From an uncultured delta proteobacterium (GTDB lineage Bacteria > Desulfobacterota > WTBG01): a stretch of 64,000 bases of DNA. The notes beneath the pieces were generated by a model that was not told the origin of the DNA, did no database searches, and saw only the letters and a list, made by a program, of their open reading frames with translations. The translations under genes and the position numbers were made by a program. Shown here piece after piece: positions 59,970-64,000 of the stretch (position 1 is the stretch's first letter; every line of letters begins with the position of its first letter). The stretch spans positions 96,001 through 160,000 of the forward strand of contig CAWCBP010000012.1 of NCBI GenBank assembly GCA_963793865.1, in the 5' to 3' direction.

Positions 59970-61017
59970 ATGGCACCCAAAACCGCTGTTGTGAAAGATC
60001 CCATATACCTCCAGCATAAAACCGGCGACTACCATCCCGAAAGCCACCACCGGCTGGAGGTTGTGTATGACATGCTCAGGGAGGATGAGCTTCAGGGGAA
60101 GTTCTCGGCGCTCGCGCCGCGCCCGGCTACGCGCGCTGAACTGGAGCTCAATCATTCCCCGGACTATATTGACCAGGTCGCCGGAACCGCGGGACGCGAT
60201 TTTACCAGCCTTGATCCCGACACCAGCACCTCCCCGCGATCCTGGGAAGCCGCCCAGATGGCGGCGGGCGGGGTCCTGGAGGCGATTGACCGGGTAATGC
60301 AGGGAGAGTTTGAAAACTGCTTCGCGCTGGTCCGGCCGCCCGGCCACCACGCCGAGAAGGGCTGGGGAAAGGGCTTCTGCCTCTTCAATAACATTGCCAT
60401 CGGCGCGCACTATGCCTTAAAGCAGTACAGGCTGGAGCGCATCCTTATCGTGGACTGGGATTTGCACCACGGCAACGGGACGCAGCATTCGTTTTACAAT
60501 GACCCGCGGGTGCTGTTTTTTTCCACGCACCAGTATCCGTACTATCCCGGAAGCGGCAGTGTGGTTGAGGCCGGCGAGGGACGCGGGGAAGGTTTTACGG
60601 TCAACGTTCCGCTTCCCGGGGGACAGGGTGACGGCGACTTCCTGGAAATTTACCGGGTGCTGCTGAAGCCGCTTGCCCTTGAGTTTAAACCGCAACTGGT
60701 GCTGGTTTCCGCCGGGTTCGATATCTATTTTGATGATCCCCTCGGCGGCATGGAGGTTACACCCGAAGGATTTGCGGCCATGACCGCTTCCATTATGGAC
60801 CTTGCGCGCTCATCCTGCGGGGGAAAAATGGTGCTGAGCCTGGAAGGGGGGTATCACCTGGATGGGTCTGCGCAGATCTGTCAAGGCCACCATACGGCAG
60901 CTGGCGGGAGATTCCCTGGAACAGAAAAAAGAAGCGGGGGATCATGTGGCGAACAACACGCTCAAAATCATTGAGGCAGTGAGGAAGATCCAGAAGGGTT
61001 ACTGGAAGTGCTTATAG
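59970..61017 (+). CDS. Histone deacetylase-family (acetoin utilisation/amidohydrolase) protein, with an apparent +1 G at ~60865
   Basis: HPES, RPPGHHA, GFCLFNN, DWDLHHGNGTQ, SAGFD and LEGGY. The corrected frame ends ...IQKGYWKCL. Confidence 0.9.
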
Positions 61018-61140
61018 GGAGGGTGCAGGGGCAGAAAGGAGGGTACAGGGTTCAGGGACCAGGGTCAAAGAATACAGTTGACGGTTGACAGTTTACAGCA
61101 GAGCACTCTTTAACCGTCGACTGCTGACTGTAAACTGTCT

Positions 61141-61343
61141 TTTGAACCACGAAGGGCACGAAGGGAAAGACACGCACGAAGGGCACGAAGAAAGAATCTG
61201 AAACTTTGCAAATGTTATTTCTCAGTTGCGCATGCGCAACTGAGAAGTCTTGCAGGAAGGACGCAGCAGAGCGCGTCCTTCCTTGACTTTCGTTGACTTC
61301 GTGTGCTTCGTGAGCTTTTCTTCGTGATCTTCGTGGTTCAAAA
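61141..61343. repeat. Multibranch CACGAAG/CTTCGTG palindrome, copy 3 (reverse orientation)
   Basis: Inner hairpins occur in opposite order: tctcagttgcgc/gcgcaactgaga, then ggaaggacgc/gcgtccttcc. Confidence 0.85.
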
Positions 61344-61414
61344 ACAGGGTGTAGGGTCAGTGAGGCTGCATTGACCTGCATCATGCATCCTGTATCATGC
61401 ATCTTTTCCCTCGC

Positions 61415-62902
61415 TTACAGCTCCGAATTCACCTTGTATCCTCCCTGTGCCTTGGAGCGATACAGCACCTTATCCGCCTTGCGCACCAGCGTGTGCTCGT
61501 TGCCCACGATATCACTGGTGATGTCGGCAACGCCCGTGCTTACCGAGATGGTGTAGTTTGAGCTGTCTATGTTCACCGGGTGGTTGCTGATATTTTTTTT
61601 GAGCCGCTCCGCCAGTATGGCCGCTTCCTCCGCCTTTGTTTCCGGCAGGATGACGGCGAACTCGTCCCCTCCGTAGCGCGCCAGGAAATCTATTTCCCGG
61701 ATGGAGCCCTGAAGCTGTGAGGCCAGTGTTTTAAGCACGCTGTCGCCGGCCTCATGTCCATAGGTGTCGTTGATGGCCTTGAACCCGTCGACATCGAGCA
61801 TGATGAGCGAGAGGGGCTTCTGGTACCGCTTTGATCTGCGCAGCTCCCTGTCCAGCACCTTCTGAAAGGCCCTGCGGTTATAAACGCCGGTCAGCTCATC
61901 GGTAATGGCCAGCGACTGGGCCTTCTGGTGCTCTGCGGCATTTTTCAGCGCCAGCGCAACCTGGTTGGCGATGGTTGATACAAGCTGCAGCTGCTTTTTG
62001 CCCAGTCTCTTGGCGCCGGCGAGGCCCATCATCCCCAGCACATTGCCGGCCACCTTGAGCGGAATAAAAAACGTGTTATCCCCGGCCGGGGACGGTTTCT
62101 CGGCATGGGCCCGGTGATGGCACTTTATTTTTATCACCCTGGTTTGAATATCGCTTTCGACCAGCTTTTTTCCGCTGTAGCGCGCATATTCCCCGATGGA
62201 TTCGCGGGTGAGCTGCTCCACGATCTCGACTTTCAGGGGGGTGGCGCAGGTGCATATGGTCAAAAACAGCTCCTCCCCCAGCGCGTAGAAAAAAAGTACC
62301 AGGTCATTGACGATCAGCTCGCTGAACTTGCCGCCGGCGACCTTTTCCACCATCTTGTGCGCGTCCAGGGTTGAATTGATCTGCAGGCTCAGCTGATTGA
62401 GCAGGGTGAGTTCCTGGTTGATCTTTTTGAGCGAGAGCTTCTCTTTTCTGAGCTTCTCGCTCTGCCTTTTAAGCTCACTGTTGGTTTTTTTCAGCCTGCT
62501 GTCAATCTCCAGGATTTTCATAAGCGCCCGCCTGCTCTCGAGCCCCTTATGAACCACGTCTTTCAGCTGGCTGCACACGATGGGCTTGGTAATAAAACTG
62601 AAAGCCCCTTCCTGCATGGCCGAGACGATGGTCCTGAGGTCCGGTTTATCGGCCATGAAAATGACGCAGCTCTTGTAGCACGAGGATTGGATGTCCTTTA
62701 AAATATCGATCCCGCTGAATGCGGGCATCCTCTGTTCAACAAAAATGAGGTCAAAATCATTTAAACTCCTGTGCAGTTTTTCCAGCGCCAGCTTTGAATC
62801 GGAGGCCTCCTCTACATGCAGCCCCATCTTTTTAAGCGCGCGGGATAATTTGCTTACGTTGTCCAAATCATTGTCTATAATCAGTACACTATGCGTTTCC
62901 AT
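61415..62902 (-). CDS. Diguanylate cyclase (receiver-coiled coil-GAF-like-GGDEF)
   Basis: TDELTG, DVDGFK.IND.YGH, RxxD I-site (REID) and RYGGDEF. Confidence 0.92.
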   Translation of the reverse strand: METHSVLIIDNDLDNVSKLSRALKKMGLHVEEASDSKLALEKLHRSLNDFDLIFVEQRMPAFSGIDILKDIQSSCYKSCVIFMADKPDLRTIVSAMQEGAFSFITKPIVCSQLKDVVHKGLESRRALMKILEIDSRLKKTNSELKRQSEKLRKEKLSLKKINQELTLLNQLSLQINSTLDAHKMVEKVAGGKFSELIVNDLVLFFYALGEELFLTICTCATPLKVEIVEQLTRESIGEYARYSGKKLVESDIQTRVIKIKCHHRAHAEKPSPAGDNTFFIPLKVAGNVLGMMGLAGAKRLGKKQLQLVSTIANQVALALKNAAEHQKAQSLAITDELTGVYNRRAFQKVLDRELRRSKRYQKPLSLIMLDVDGFKAINDTYGHEAGDSVLKTLASQLQGSIREIDFLARYGGDEFAVILPETKAEEAAILAERLKKNISNHPVNIDSSNYTISVSTGVADITSDIVGNEHTLVRKADKVLYRSKAQGGYKVNSEL

Positions 62903-62943
62903 GGCGACCCCCACTATATAAATATGCTTACATGAAAGATTGA

Positions 62944-62958
62944 GCATATTCTATGCCA
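62944..62958 (-). promoter_or_regulatory. Candidate sigma54 promoter of the diguanylate cyclase
   Basis: Minus strand TGGCAT-AGAAT-ATGC (GG-N10-GC), with AT-rich upstream DNA. Confidence 0.55.
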
Positions 62959-63216
62959 TGGTCATAAATAGTTATAATCGCTGGGATAATAGACCCGGAT
63001 TCTTGTAATTAACTGTATTTTATAGATTATTTTAAAGAGGAGTGGGGGGTATTTTTTAGTGATACGTGCAAATAATAGTCAAAATTATGTTATGTGCCAT
63101 TATTTTGACTATTAGCGAGGTTAGATTGAGGAGAAAAGATGCACGATACAGGATGCACGATCAGGAAAAGAGGCCTCTCTAACCCTGATCCCTGACCCCA
63201 GTACCCTGTTTTTTAA

Positions 63217-63427
63217 ATCACGAAGCCCACGAAGAAAAACCAAGAACGATCACGAAGAGAGACACACGAAGCACTTCAAAGTTAAAGAAGGACGCGCTCT
63301 GCCGCGTCCTTCTTGCAAGTCTTCTCAGTCGCGCATGCACGACTGAGAAACGACAAGGACAAAGTTTCGGGATCTTTCTTCGTGATCTTCGTGCTTATCT
63401 TTTCCTTCGTGCCCTTCGTGGTTCAAA
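63217..63427. repeat. Multibranch CACGAAG/CTTCGTG palindrome, copy 4
   Basis: aagaaggacgcg/cgcgtccttctt and ttctcagtcg/cgactgagaa hairpins inside CACGAAG arms. Confidence 0.85.
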
Positions 63428-63503
63428 TCTGCAAGTTTACAGTTGACGGTTAGTAGTTGACAGGAACTCTCCTGCATCGTGCATCATGTACTCCTGCTAT
63501 ACC

Positions 63504-64000
63504 CTACCCCCTCTCTTTTAGCATCTCGCACAATTCCTTTATCCTCTTCGGCGTGGGCAGATGATAGGGGCATTTTTCAACGCACTTCCCGCAGGCATCG
63601 CACAGCTCAAGCTGGGGCAGCATCCGCTTTGCCATCTCCAGCGTGTAGGCAATATTGTCGTTCATCTCCCTGCCATAGGCCATGAGGTGGATCATGTGCG
63701 CGAAAGGAATCATGATGCCCTTTTCGCAGGGCATGCAGTAGCTGCAGCGGCGGCAGAAATCCTTTCCCAGTTCGGCGACTTCTTCTCCCAGCTGTTTAAG
63801 CTCTTCAGCGGAGAGGGGCTTCCCTTCCTCCATCACCTTCCAGTTGGCGTCAACCTCCTGTACCGATGACATTCCCGGCGTTATCACCCCGATGGGATGG
63901 CTGAGAAAAAATCGCAACGCCAAGGGTTTGTTTTCGATCATGCCTCCTGCCAGGGGTTTCATTACCGATGTCGCAACTTCCAGCCGGTTGGCGGTGTCGA
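63504..64000 (-). CDS. Aldo/keto reductase with C-terminal 4Fe-4S dicluster (5' part outside the window)
   Basis: MKPLAGG, ALRF, CRRCSYCMPC and CDACGKCVEKCP. Confidence 0.85.
   Translation of the reverse strand, partial: DTANRLEVATSVMKPLAGGMIENKPLALRFFLSHPIGVITPGMSSVQEVDANWKVMEEGKPLSAEELKQLGEEVAELGKDFCRRCSYCMPCEKGIMIPFAHMIHLMAYGREMNDNIAYTLEMAKRMLPQLELCDACGKCVEKCPYHLPTPKRIKELCEMLKERG

Overview
A gene-dense bacterial chromosomal window. The gene content (ETF, Nuo/Por-like Fe-S modules, system II cytochrome c biogenesis, sigma54 promoters) suggests an anaerobic Desulfobacterota/'deltaproteobacterial' genome, which is an inference. No rRNA, tRNA or CRISPR was seen. Main blocks: (1) 17-11781, minus strand: etfB, etfA, acyl-CoA dehydrogenase, AlkP-family hydrolase, NAD epimerase, and a two-subunit B12 acyl-CoA mutase with non-canonical specificity residues between two condensation-type acyltransferases. 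(2) 12449-23436, minus strand, sigma54-led: B12 radical SAM, ResB, CcsB, two proteins sharing an unrecognised ~70-aa domain, DsbA, a Cys-rich secreted protein, a papain-like protease and an NHL protein. (3) Two paralogous SGG-repeat surface proteins with a conserved leader hairpin. (4) Two Y1/HUH (RAYT-like) transposases, each bounded by GGGG-initiated inverted repeats that contain their own stop codon, plus two 294-bp non-coding elements with the same ends. (5) A NuoEFG/HydABC-like module with no catalytic subunit, preceded by degenerate porD/porB-like genes. (6) Two ECF/anti-sigma pairs, hrcA-grpE-dnaJ, tatBC, an HDAC-family gene and a diguanylate cyclase. Intergenic DNA is crowded with palindromic repeat families, including four ~200-bp multibranch palindromes showing covariation. 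About eight single-base indels break otherwise intact genes and most likely reflect sequencing or assembly error.
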